Shown here: positions 1-8,898 of the stretch, one piece after another
How positions within the stretch are numbered: position 1 is the first letter of the stretch
Layout: each line of letters begins with the position of its first letter
Virus record (IMG/VR): IMGVR_UViG_3300027973_000053
Location: 5,329-69,328 of that record
DNA: 64,000 nucleotides
Source of the DNA: a virus
Reading direction: 5' to 3' (one strand)
Notes under the pieces: generated by a model
Told to the model about the DNA's origin: nothing
The model's database searches: none
What the model saw: only the letters and a program-made list of their open reading frames with translations
Position numbers and translations under genes: made by a program

Positions 1-31
1 TTTATTAATCAAATAAATTAAATCTATTTTT

Positions 32-283
32 ATGCAACCTTGTCAAATCATTAAAACAAATGACTACACCAACGAAAAAATTGTTTGGGATACTTTTAAA
101 AGCAAAAAAGAAGCTATTCAATACTTAAAAACAAAAAGTAAAACTTCCAAACATTTATATTCTAAATGTAAATATTTGCCTATAAATGAAATGCTAATAT
201 GCTACCATGCAGAAAATGACAATGTAACATATTACCGGATAGAAATTTTACCCAAATTAGAAAACATAATTTATAAAAACTAA
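32..283 (+). CDS. hypothetical protein
   Basis: 83-aa ATG ORF in tightly packed + strand cluster. Confidence 0.65.
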   Translation: MQPCQIIKTNDYTNEKIVWDTFKSKKEAIQYLKTKSKTSKHLYSKCKYLPINEMLICYHAENDNVTYYRIEILPKLENIIYKN

Positions 284-294
284 ATTAAACTATT

Positions 295-492
295 ATGCAA
301 CAATTAACCGAGCAACAATACAAGAGCCTAAGACAAGCCATTTATAACTCTATAATGGGTTTAACAATGTACTGCGAATGTGGGGAGGAATGTACTTTGG
401 GTATGGGTGAAATGGGAGAAACAAGCGATGAAGCGGAAAGAGTAGTAGATGAATGGATGGAATTAAATAAATTAACCTTAAAAGAAGATTAA
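295..492 (+). CDS. hypothetical acidic protein
   Basis: 65-aa ORF abutting next gene. Confidence 0.7.
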   Translation: MQQLTEQQYKSLRQAIYNSIMGLTMYCECGEECTLGMGEMGETSDEAERVVDEWMELNKLTLKED

Positions 493-493
493 A

Positions 494-772
494 ATGGAAA
501 AAAAAGCAAAATTCACAAAATTTAAAAAGGGGGATAATTGGACTTTTGGCACAGTGGGTATTTTAAATTTTGAAGCTAAATTATTTGATGAACCATCTAG
601 CTATGGTATAAATAATGGTAGGGTATCTAAATTACATATTAGTTATCCAAGTGGTGAGTGCATACTTAATTATGACAGGGGATGGGATATAGAACCAGAG
701 CCACAATATTTACTTGACTATTTTAAAGTAATGGTATTACTTGAAAATGCACCAAAAACAAGATTTAAATAA
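494..772 (+). CDS. conserved hypothetical phage/MGE protein
   Basis: FEAKLFDEPSSYGINNGRVSKL...YDRGWD pattern recalled from small MGE proteins. Confidence 0.8.
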   Translation: MEKKAKFTKFKKGDNWTFGTVGILNFEAKLFDEPSSYGINNGRVSKLHISYPSGECILNYDRGWDIEPEPQYLLDYFKVMVLLENAPKTRFK

Positions 773-778
773 ATTAAA

Positions 779-970
779 ATGGAAAAAAACTACAAAATAC
801 AAAACCCACAGGGCAAATACTTGTCATTCAATATGCAAGGTATCCCACAATTTTTTGAAGGGGTTGATATGTCATACTCCTTTACTTTGGAACAGGCAGA
901 AACTATATTGGAAAGATACTCCGAATTAAATTTAACCATTACAACCAAAAACAAACTTTATGCCAGCTAA
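779..970 (+). CDS. hypothetical protein
   Basis: 63-aa ORF in tandem cluster. Confidence 0.65.
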   Translation: MEKNYKIQNPQGKYLSFNMQGIPQFFEGVDMSYSFTLEQAETILERYSELNLTITTKNKLYAS

Positions 971-1163
971 AAACTTACGCAGATTACTTGCAAATGCTAT
1001 TGTAGAACTATTTAGTGATGAACTTACTTTGGAGGATTACAATAATATGATTGGGGAAACTGAAATAGAATTAACGGAAAGACTTATATCAATAGCACAA
1101 TGGTATAAAATAGCCTCAATTGAAGATGATACTTTTGATAGGTCGCACGAAAATGATGATTAA
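960..1163 (+). CDS. hypothetical protein
   Basis: 67-aa ORF overlapping upstream stop. Confidence 0.65.
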   Translation: MPAKNLRRLLANAIVELFSDELTLEDYNNMIGETEIELTERLISIAQWYKIASIEDDTFDRSHENDD

Positions 1164-1183
1164 CTTAACCATAAAAAAATATT

Positions 1184-1630
1184 ATGAAACCAAAAACCGC
1201 AAAGGAGTATAAATTAGTTGCAACCGAAAGCAAAGAACACTTTGAAAGGAAAAAAATGACCTGTTCGGAGGATTGTGCAAAGTATATACGGCAATTTTTT
1301 GATTCGGATATAGCCATTTATGAAAGTAGTTTTGTGTTACTCCTCAATCAAGCAAATACCACAATAGGCTGGGTAAAACTTTCACAGGGGGGTATCAATG
1401 GTACTGTTATGGATGTTCAGTTAGTGGCAAAAATAGCCATTGAGAGCCTTGCAAAGTCGGTAGTTATTTGCCACAACCACCCTTCGGGTCAACTAAAACC
1501 TTCGGATGCAGATAGGCAAATAACTAATCTAATTCAACAAGGATTGAAACTATTTAGTATTAAGCTACTTGACCACGTTATTTTAACAGAAGATTCGTAC
1601 TTTTCTTTTCTTGATGAAGGTTTGTTGTAA
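1184..1630 (+). CDS. radC: RadC-like JAB/MPN domain protein
   Basis: HNHPSG-x3-PSDAD and LLDHVI JAMM motifs, upstream Glu. Confidence 0.93.
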   Translation: MKPKTAKEYKLVATESKEHFERKKMTCSEDCAKYIRQFFDSDIAIYESSFVLLLNQANTTIGWVKLSQGGINGTVMDVQLVAKIAIESLAKSVVICHNHPSGQLKPSDADRQITNLIQQGLKLFSIKLLDHVILTEDSYFSFLDEGLL

Positions 1631-1691
1631 CCTTTATTTTGTACTTTCACATAATTGTTATACTTTTATTTTAACCAAAAAAACAAACACT

Positions 1692-1931
1692 ATGTTACTA
1701 AAATTGATTAACGCACGATTCCGTTCAAAATGCCCCGAAACAGGTAGAACAATATGCAGAGGGGATGCTACCTATTACGATGTAATTAATAAGGTTGCTT
1801 ACCATCCATCCGCAGATATTGTACGGATATTTGAGAGCAGACAAGTGGCAGCAGACCTCAACACCGAAAGGATAGTACAAGCCCAAGAAGAAGCCTATTT
1901 TGATAACTTTTGCCAACAAAACAACATATAA
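1692..1931 (+). CDS. hypothetical protein
   Basis: ATG at 1692 after A-rich leader; ARFRSKCPETG motif. Confidence 0.75.
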   Translation: MLLKLINARFRSKCPETGRTICRGDATYYDVINKVAYHPSADIVRIFESRQVAADLNTERIVQAQEEAYFDNFCQQNNI

Positions 1932-2179
1932 TATGAAAAACAAAAAACAAATTAAAGTAACCAAATACAATAAGGTATGGAAGTTAGTTTATAACTGTAA
2001 ATTATCCGATTGCGTAAACATTATTTCCGGAACATTTAAAAACAAAAAAATATGCTAGCCAGCTACCTTGCTATGATGCTTTTTATTTCCTGTTTAGTTG
2101 CTCACTTTCAAATAGAAGGAGAAGATACAGGATACAACGATGATAACTATTTAAATTAAACCAAAAAAACCTAATCAAA

Positions 2180-2740
2180 ATGTTTACTACAAAAGTAAAA
2201 GAAACGGCAGCCGCCAAAAAAACCGACAAAAAACTATTTTCAGCCCTTGAATTAGAGGGCAAAATAAGCACGTTTACAGCCCTCAAAAATCAAATTGATA
2301 CCTTGACAGGGCAATTAAAGATGATTGAAGGAGAGATAAAGGAGAGGGCAAAGATTGAATTTTTTACCCAGTATCGGAAGGAACGCAGAAAACCCGATAA
2401 TTTTAAGCTGCAAGATGCAGAAGGTGGGCAAGTTATGGCAATATTTATGGATAAGTATTCGGTAGTAGATTCCGATAAAGCAGCAGCCTTGCAACCTTAC
2501 AACCTAGTTACTGAAAAGAAAGTATTTAAGTTTAACAATGACCTATTAGAAAAGTATCAAGATACAATTACAGAACTTCTTTCCAATTCACCAAATATAG
2601 ATGCAGAAGATAAGCCTAACTTAATTGAAGGAGAACTTACCTATCATGTAGAAAGTGGGGCAATAGAGAAGTTATTTGCATTTCCTAATATGGAGGAAGT
2701 ATTTGAACTTATTAAGCCTGTAATAGCATTAAAAAAGTAA
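2180..2740 (+). CDS. hypothetical protein with coiled-coil N-terminal half
   Basis: 186-aa ORF, A-rich leader. Confidence 0.8.
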   Translation: MFTTKVKETAAAKKTDKKLFSALELEGKISTFTALKNQIDTLTGQLKMIEGEIKERAKIEFFTQYRKERRKPDNFKLQDAEGGQVMAIFMDKYSVVDSDKAAALQPYNLVTEKKVFKFNNDLLEKYQDTITELLSNSPNIDAEDKPNLIEGELTYHVESGAIEKLFAFPNMEEVFELIKPVIALKK

Positions 2741-2742
2741 TT

Positions 2743-3036
2743 ATGAAAAACATACAAGGGAAATATTATATTGAACAATTAACAGATTTAGAAATAGCTG
2801 CACGTGAATATTATAAAAGCAGATGGTTAGGGTTTGAAAGGGAGGTAGATACCGAAAAGGCTTTTAAAGAAGGTGCTAAATGGCAAGCAAGGGAGATGTA
2901 TAGTGAGGAAGAAGTATTAAAAATATTAAAAAATTTTAATAGACATACCTTACAACTTCAAAAGTGTCAATTAGGAAATAGTTTTGATGTAAAATGGTGG
3001 TTTGAAAAACATAAAAAGAAACAACATGGAGTATAA
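2743..3036 (+). CDS. small modular phage protein (EGAKWQ / YSEEEV / WFEKHK type)
   Basis: 97-aa ORF; C-terminal motif echoed at 54150-54180. Confidence 0.75.
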   Translation: MKNIQGKYYIEQLTDLEIAAREYYKSRWLGFEREVDTEKAFKEGAKWQAREMYSEEEVLKILKNFNRHTLQLQKCQLGNSFDVKWWFEKHKKKQHGV

Positions 3037-3706
3037 CTCATTCAGCTACTTGTACCCGCCCCGACCAGAGTATAAGATTCTACCAGATGATTTGAATTTA
3101 TACGAAGGTAAGGGGTGGGCAGCACAGCCAAAATACAACGGAGATTGCCTTATTGTGTTCACCAATGGGATAGAATCCTATGTGTATAACCGAAGGAAAG
3201 AACTTTACTCAAAACAAACTAACATAGATTTCACCCAGCTACACTATGGAGAAATACCGCCAACTAAATTAAATACATGGTTTGTTTATGTAGGGGAATT
3301 TATTAATCCCAAAAAAAAGATAGGTGAACATGGTATAATAGAGCCGCCTAAATTCGTAATCTTTGATATTTTGGTATATGCAGGGCTTTATTTAGTGGGC
3401 GAAACCTTTTGGACTAGATTAGCACTATTGGAGGAAATCTTTCCCACTAATCGGATGCAAGTAACAAGCGATGGCAGTATAGTGCATTACAAACACCTAT
3501 CCTTTACCAATTTAGAGGGCATTTACAGAGCCCCTACCTATTTAGGTAACTTTGTTAGCTTGTACGAAGAAGTATCAAAGGTGGACTTATACGAGGGGTT
3601 GGTGATGAAAAAAACGGATGCAAAGTTATTGCCCGGCTATTCGGAAAAAAATAATGACTTATGGCAATTCAAATGTAGGAAATCAACTAAAATTTATAAC
3701 TTTTAA
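3026..3706 (+). CDS. ATP-dependent ligase family nucleotidyltransferase, adenylation domain only
   Basis: Motifs I (QPKYNG), III (VGEF), IIIa (FVIFDIL), IV (EGLVMK), V (WQFKCR). Confidence 0.85.
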   Translation: MEYNSFSYLYPPRPEYKILPDDLNLYEGKGWAAQPKYNGDCLIVFTNGIESYVYNRRKELYSKQTNIDFTQLHYGEIPPTKLNTWFVYVGEFINPKKKIGEHGIIEPPKFVIFDILVYAGLYLVGETFWTRLALLEEIFPTNRMQVTSDGSIVHYKHLSFTNLEGIYRAPTYLGNFVSLYEEVSKVDLYEGLVMKKTDAKLLPGYSEKNNDLWQFKCRKSTKIYNF

Positions 3707-3717
3707 CTAAAAACAAA

Positions 3718-4281
3718 ATGAAAAATTTAATTCTCATTCTCATTCTCACACTTAGCACATCATCAAAAGCACAAGTATTTGATGGAGTACCTGTAAGCGG
3801 AAAACTTGAAACCTTTATTAAAAAAATGGAGGAAAGGAAATACAACCTTGTAAGGAAAACCGAAGGGCAAGGGCAAGTTATTATGAATGGATATTTAGCC
3901 GAGCAAATAGTGGAAATTTATGTATCATCCACACCCAAAACAAACCAAGTAAATAGACTAACCTTATTTTTTAATGAATGGAATGATTGGACTAAACTTA
4001 AATACGAGTATGATAAAATTCTTTCTGTTTTTACCGATAAATATGGTAAACCAGATGATAAGTACAACCAATTCCTTTCACCCTATGGAGATGCAGGAAC
4101 AGAATTAACCGCAGTAGAAAATGATAAGTCTTTATTTCAATGCTATTGGTGGAAAAAAGATGGTGCAAATTTAGCAGTAATCATTTCAAAGTATAAACAA
4201 GTTAAGATAGTGTATGAAAACATTAAGAACACCGAACTATACGATACCGAAGAAGAATCAATCAAAAAAATAAAATTTTAA
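3718..4281 (+). CDS. exported protein with signal peptide
   Basis: MKNLILILILTLSTSSKA|Q signal peptide with Gln after the cleavage site. Confidence 0.8.
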   Translation: MKNLILILILTLSTSSKAQVFDGVPVSGKLETFIKKMEERKYNLVRKTEGQGQVIMNGYLAEQIVEIYVSSTPKTNQVNRLTLFFNEWNDWTKLKYEYDKILSVFTDKYGKPDDKYNQFLSPYGDAGTELTAVENDKSLFQCYWWKKDGANLAVIISKYKQVKIVYENIKNTELYDTEEESIKKIKF

Positions 4282-4283
4282 TA

Positions 4284-4502
4284 ATGGCAACTCTAGAAAA
4301 CAAAGATAACACCACATGGTTAAGTATAGCCGAGTACATTGAATGGGTAGATGGTTCACTATTTAGAGCCAATAGGAAAGACAACTCAAAAATATCCGGT
4401 AATGCAATTAAACACCGAATTAAACACAAAATAGAACTGCCATACGTTACTGATGTAAGAAGGGTAGCAGGTGCATATTTTTTACTTACTAAAATGAATT
4501 AA
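4284..4502 (+). CDS. hypothetical protein, possible DNA-binding
   Basis: 72-aa basic ORF. Confidence 0.65.
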   Translation: MATLENKDNTTWLSIAEYIEWVDGSLFRANRKDNSKISGNAIKHRIKHKIELPYVTDVRRVAGAYFLLTKMN

Positions 4503-4503
4503 A

Positions 4504-4791
4504 ATGACAAAAGAAGTTTACGATAAGAAATGGATGCAAATAAAAAGAAGTTTTGAAGCGGCAAAAGACGCATTGTATATAGAGTTTGCTTATGCTAACA
4601 ATCCATACAGATTGGGGGATATTGTTACTGACCGTATAGGAAGTATTAAAATAGAAGAAATACGACCTTATTTTGGTTTAGATAAATATCCTCAATGCGT
4701 ATATTTTGGAATTGAATATACAAAAAAGGGTGAGCAAAACAAAAGGGGCAACAAAAGAAACGTTTATCAATCAAACATTATAACCAACTAA
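4504..4791 (+). CDS. hypothetical protein
   Basis: 95-aa ORF, NNPYRLGDIV motif. Confidence 0.75.
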   Translation: MTKEVYDKKWMQIKRSFEAAKDALYIEFAYANNPYRLGDIVTDRIGSIKIEEIRPYFGLDKYPQCVYFGIEYTKKGEQNKRGNKRNVYQSNIITN

Positions 4792-4872
4792 AATGAAACT
4801 ACTATTTATCATCCTCATTATTATTGCATACATTTTTATTTGCCAAATACCTCAAAAAGATAAGTATTAAAT

Positions 4873-5238
4873 ATGAACTACTTTACAATGCCGGGTATGA
4901 AACAATTTAAGTTATCAGACCGAAAGAAAAGAAAGAACACAATAGCAGCAGCCTATTATAAGCAGCAAGATATTATTGATACAATATGCAATTACTTTGA
5001 TTTCACCTTTGATATTTTACAAGCTAAAACAAAGAAGGGGGAGATAGTATTCGCTAGGCAAATATGCCAATGGTTTCTTATGAAGAAATGCGGATTAACC
5101 TGTACTCACGTTGCTGGATTATTTCTTCGTGACCATACTTCCGTATTACACTCAATTAAGATGGTAAACAATATGCTTGAAGCTGATTATGACAACCCAA
5201 CAAAGTATCATGTTGACCAACTGAAAGCTATTATTTAA
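4873..5238 (+). CDS. DnaA C-terminal (domain IV) HTH-like protein
   Basis: IVFARQICQWF...RDHTSVLHSI matches the DnaA signature RDHTTVxHA. Confidence 0.88.
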   Translation: MNYFTMPGMKQFKLSDRKKRKNTIAAAYYKQQDIIDTICNYFDFTFDILQAKTKKGEIVFARQICQWFLMKKCGLTCTHVAGLFLRDHTSVLHSIKMVNNMLEADYDNPTKYHVDQLKAII

Positions 5239-5297
5239 CAATATTTATTTTGTCATTAAACGCAATTACTTTAATTTTATACCCTAAAACAAAAACT

Positions 5298-5543
5298 ATG
5301 TTAGAATCAATTTTTGAAGCCCTTAATCCGGTAAAGCTGTTTAAACTTAAATCTTTGTACCTATCCAAGAAACGATTTGAAGTAGGGGATAAGGTAAACG
5401 TAAAGGTAACCGACCTTGAAAAAGATGATGCAGGAGATTTTGAAATAGCAGAACTAGAAGGTAACTTATCCAATACTATATTTAAAGTTACCCTTATAGA
5501 GATTAAGACAGGATTACGTTATTCATTTGAAATTAAAGACTAA
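5298..5543 (+). CDS. hypothetical protein
   Basis: ATG at 5298 after A-rich leader. Confidence 0.65.
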   Translation: MLESIFEALNPVKLFKLKSLYLSKKRFEVGDKVNVKVTDLEKDDAGDFEIAELEGNLSNTIFKVTLIEIKTGLRYSFEIKD

Positions 5544-5546
5544 ACC

Positions 5547-5732
5547 ATGACACTAGAAGAACTAATACACCAAGAAGCTAATAATCAAATAGAGGAAATA
5601 AAATCTGTGTTCCCCTATTTACGAGAAAACGAATTAAAGTTTATTACTTCTTGCTTACGTTCCGCTTATATTAAGGGGACTATGGATGCACTTGATAACA
5701 AAAAAGAAGTGATTGTTAAACCAAAACAATAA
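5547..5732 (+). CDS. hypothetical protein
   Basis: 61-aa ORF. Confidence 0.65.
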   Translation: MTLEELIHQEANNQIEEIKSVFPYLRENELKFITSCLRSAYIKGTMDALDNKKEVIVKPKQ

Positions 5733-5736
5733 ACCA

Positions 5737-6129
5737 ATGAAATACAACGAACAAGAAATAACATTAACTATCTCCTTTTACAATGAAATAAAGGAAGATT
5801 ACTTTATGTTTAGTATATGGAGAACTATCTATGAAACACACGATAAATACGATACAAGACACGATGAAGCACCATCTGAAGTGCCTATTAAAATGGATGA
5901 AATCTATTGGGATGAAACTATTAAAAACTTGTATAGCCGTAATGATAGTAAGTTTATAGAATCTTTACTAAAAACTATCCCAGACTTTATAGATGCTAAA
6001 TTTTTGGATGCATATTATTACTTCCTTCGTTATGGAAAACAAGACAAAACACAAGTGGTAGTTAATGGATATGAAACGGAAGGTAATTTTAACGCAGCCA
6101 CTTCCTCTTTGGGCAAGGTGGAGGGATAA
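5737..6129 (+). CDS. hypothetical protein
   Basis: Last gene of + block; 3' end overlaps convergent gene. Confidence 0.65.
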   Translation: MKYNEQEITLTISFYNEIKEDYFMFSIWRTIYETHDKYDTRHDEAPSEVPIKMDEIYWDETIKNLYSRNDSKFIESLLKTIPDFIDAKFLDAYYYFLRYGKQDKTQVVVNGYETEGNFNAATSSLGKVEG

Positions 6130-6337
6130 CCGGGGAAAAAGCCTTACCTGTTCCGCACTTACATATTGAACAATGTTCCCAAACAAGGGAATCAGATACC
6201 CAAAATTCACATTTGGGTATTTTTTTTTCTTCGTTACCCATACATACTGATAACCTTTCCTCTGCTATTTCTTTTTGTAGTTCAGTAGGATTAAGCTGTA
6301 TTATGTAGGATTGTATTATTTCTGCAATTTTGTTCAT
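6089..6337 (-). CDS. small Cys-rich protein
   Basis: RLSVC...C...CSICKC...CPKRKW; start overlaps upstream stop. Confidence 0.75.
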   Translation of the reverse strand: MNKIAEIIQSYIIQLNPTELQKEIAEERLSVCMGNEEKKIPKCEFWVSDSLVWEHCSICKCGTGKAFSPVIPPPCPKRKWLR

Positions 6338-7305
6338 TGAAATAAATGTTGATAAAAACTACTTTTACCCCAATAGGGATGATTCTCGGTATATTCTTTT
6401 CGGTAAATTGAATTATGGGAGGTGAAGTGGTAGCCATGATTGATATGGATGGCTTGGTATTTTGACTGCCATTGTTCCCTTTTCATTTTTTGTGGTTCAA
6501 CCATTCCCGAATTAGTTAATATGGCATTAGGTAATATGCTCTCAAAATGCTTTATAGCGTCATTAAACCTCATTGTCATTTGGTGCATTGGTTCATCCAT
6601 TTGATTCTTTTCCTGCCAACCTTGCGAAGATAAACCGCCATAGTTCATATTTGTTAGGATAGTGCCTTCCTCAAAGTCTGGGAATGAAAAATATCCGGCA
6701 GGGTACAATACATCGTGTTCAAGGAAACTTACATACTCATAGGGTGCTTTTGTTTCCCTTGCAAAGTATAAACATTGAAGTATCTGCATTACTTGATTAA
6801 GATGGCTAGATACCCTGTAATTGCTTATTAATTCTATGAATGGATTGTAGGGTAGCTTTTCCCATACGCAGGTGATTATATCAGCGTGTAGGATATATCT
6901 ATTTTGATTTGTGTATCCTATTCTTGGGTTATAAATTATCTCTTTGTTATCAGCAGGAAAATTAGGATATGACATTAAATGATTACTAAAATCTATTGAC
7001 TTAATAGATTCAGTTATTGCAGGGGTTATTTTCGGGTTGTTATTGTTGGAATAGAATATACCTAATCTTTTAGCAGTTGATTGTGGATAGATAGCCATTG
7101 TACCCTCTTTAAACCATAGGCTTTCAGTCGTTACAACTAATGGAGTTATACCTAAACTAACTTCCAATTCAAGGTACTTTACTTTACCCGGCTGCGTATC
7201 TCCTATTATATCATTGTTTACCCATAGGTTTAATCTTCCTTTTCTTATGGCTGATTTTACTTTATCAGTACAATCTACACCTCCGTATGTTGCTTTTGTA
7301 ATCAT
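6334..7305 (-). CDS. putative GT-A glycosyltransferase with N-terminal lectin/DUF3395-like domain
   Basis: KATYGGVDCT...GDTQPGKVKYL N-terminus; FLEHDVLYP DxD-like motif. Confidence 0.6.
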   Translation of the reverse strand: MITKATYGGVDCTDKVKSAIRKGRLNLWVNNDIIGDTQPGKVKYLELEVSLGITPLVVTTESLWFKEGTMAIYPQSTAKRLGIFYSNNNNPKITPAITESIKSIDFSNHLMSYPNFPADNKEIIYNPRIGYTNQNRYILHADIITCVWEKLPYNPFIELISNYRVSSHLNQVMQILQCLYFARETKAPYEYVSFLEHDVLYPAGYFSFPDFEEGTILTNMNYGGLSSQGWQEKNQMDEPMHQMTMRFNDAIKHFESILPNAILTNSGMVEPQKMKREQWQSKYQAIHINHGYHFTSHNSIYRKEYTENHPYWGKSSFYQHLFQ

Positions 7306-7435
7306 TTTTAATTCTTGTTTATGTTTTTTCTATTTTTATTCTTTTGCTCATACACAAATTTTTCAAGGCAATATGCTACAACAAATAAATAAAATAATAT
7401 CCCGAACCCTATTAAAAATGCTTCTATTATATTTA

Positions 7436-8785
7436 TCATTTTACTATCATTATTTGTTTAACTAATTCATAATAAGGAGAACAAGCTGAAAGGGGGTTAA
7501 TTCTTAAATTCTTATCCGGTACTTTATCTTGAAATTCACCCTTAAAGAATAATCCATGACCAGATTCAGTTACCCCTGCATTGTGGTATATGTTACATTC
7601 ATTGTATCTTTCTATTGTATCGGTAGCCCAAGCGAAATCAAAGAATTTATGTGGTATAGTCTTTTTACCTAGCTTCCATAAACACCATAAAACAGCCCAC
7701 ATATCAGCAGCAAATATTTGTAGTTCGTGGTATTGTGGGTTTTGTGCTTTAATGTAGTTGTTTCGTTGGGTTATCTTTAAAAATAGTTCCTCCGATATTT
7801 TTTCCACTTCCTCCCAAAAGTCCGCAGATACATTTTTAATCAAGTATTGAGCCCCTATGCAGTTGTGTTCGTTATCCCTTACTACTCTTAATGGTATTTG
7901 TGCTATTTGACACATATACTCTAATACATTGTGTTCTTTGCTTGCTATGTAATCGTGGCTTATGTAAAACCTTACATCACTTCCATAACATATATCATCT
8001 TGTAAGAAAGGAGTAAAGTCTAAATCATTCTTTGTAAATATCATATCGCAATCGTGGTAGAAAAATGTTTTAATCTCTGGGTGTTTTGCGAAATGTTGTT
8101 TTAATAGGTTAGGTCGGATAGAGGAAGGATAATGCTTGGTTGCTCTTGTATCTAAGTAATAATGAAAACTTAAATTGGTATGTGAATCAGCTATACTTAA
8201 GGGGAGTACCGAAAAGCTAAGGTTAACAGAAGATACCGTTCCTCCTATTGATACTATATGCACTTCATATTTAGGGTTATCCAATATACCCATTTCATTA
8301 AAGTTTCTTAGCATTACTTCTAGCTGCCAAGCATAGTATTTTGTATTGGGTTGGGCACAAATGAAATATAGTTTTTCATTTTGTCGGTGATATACCGAAT
8401 CCGCTTGGTTTTCTTCCCCCACTTCTGCCAAGCCTTCCGTAAAGTGTTGAACAAATCTTTCGTAGAATTTAGGAGTAAGTAGCAAAGAGTCAATTTGCCT
8501 TGTTGCAGAAAATTCCTTTCCAGCTTCTTCTTCGCTTGCTACTTTTTCATACCAAGTATATGATTGCCTTGTTGCAGAACCTTCCATTTTAGCTTTTTCA
8601 TCTAATCCTACATTCTTTTTTTCATCTTGCATAATACTTTCAATAAATCTTCTTTCGTATTCCTTGTGTATTATTTCTTCATGTTCCCCAACAATAGCTT
8701 TTTTCAAAGATTCTACTTCTGATATAGCTTCTTTTATTTCAGATTCTAATCCCTTTAATCTTGATAGCAGTTTGTTTATTGACAT
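7436..8785 (-). CDS. putative protein O-glycosyltransferase (GT95/GT96-like) with coiled-coil N-extension
   Basis: YYAWQ, YPSSIRP, YHDCDMIF (DxD), IGAQY and ADMWA motifs in the same order as plant HPAT/SGT1 motifs. Confidence 0.6.
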   Translation of the reverse strand: MSINKLLSRLKGLESEIKEAISEVESLKKAIVGEHEEIIHKEYERRFIESIMQDEKKNVGLDEKAKMEGSATRQSYTWYEKVASEEEAGKEFSATRQIDSLLLTPKFYERFVQHFTEGLAEVGEENQADSVYHRQNEKLYFICAQPNTKYYAWQLEVMLRNFNEMGILDNPKYEVHIVSIGGTVSSVNLSFSVLPLSIADSHTNLSFHYYLDTRATKHYPSSIRPNLLKQHFAKHPEIKTFFYHDCDMIFTKNDLDFTPFLQDDICYGSDVRFYISHDYIASKEHNVLEYMCQIAQIPLRVVRDNEHNCIGAQYLIKNVSADFWEEVEKISEELFLKITQRNNYIKAQNPQYHELQIFAADMWAVLWCLWKLGKKTIPHKFFDFAWATDTIERYNECNIYHNAGVTESGHGLFFKGEFQDKVPDKNLRINPLSACSPYYELVKQIMIVK

Positions 8786-8801
8786 AATGTGTATTTTTAA
8801 G

Positions 8802-8809
8802 CAAATATA
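8802..8809 (-). promoter_or_regulatory. Bacteroidota-type -7 promoter element TATATTTG
   Basis: Matches TAnnTTTG, 16 nt upstream of ATG; same motif at three other late genes. Confidence 0.7.
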
Positions 8810-8821
8810 CTTAAATTAATT

Positions 8822-8862
8822 GAAAAAACAAAACCCCCTATGTAGAAACACAAGGGGTTGCT
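8822..8862 (-). terminator. rho-independent terminator
   Basis: AACCCC...GGGGTT stem followed by U-rich tract on - strand, downstream of 8899..10617. Confidence 0.65.
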
Positions 8863-8898
8863 TTAACCAAAAAAAATACACATGAAACCAAAACTAAA

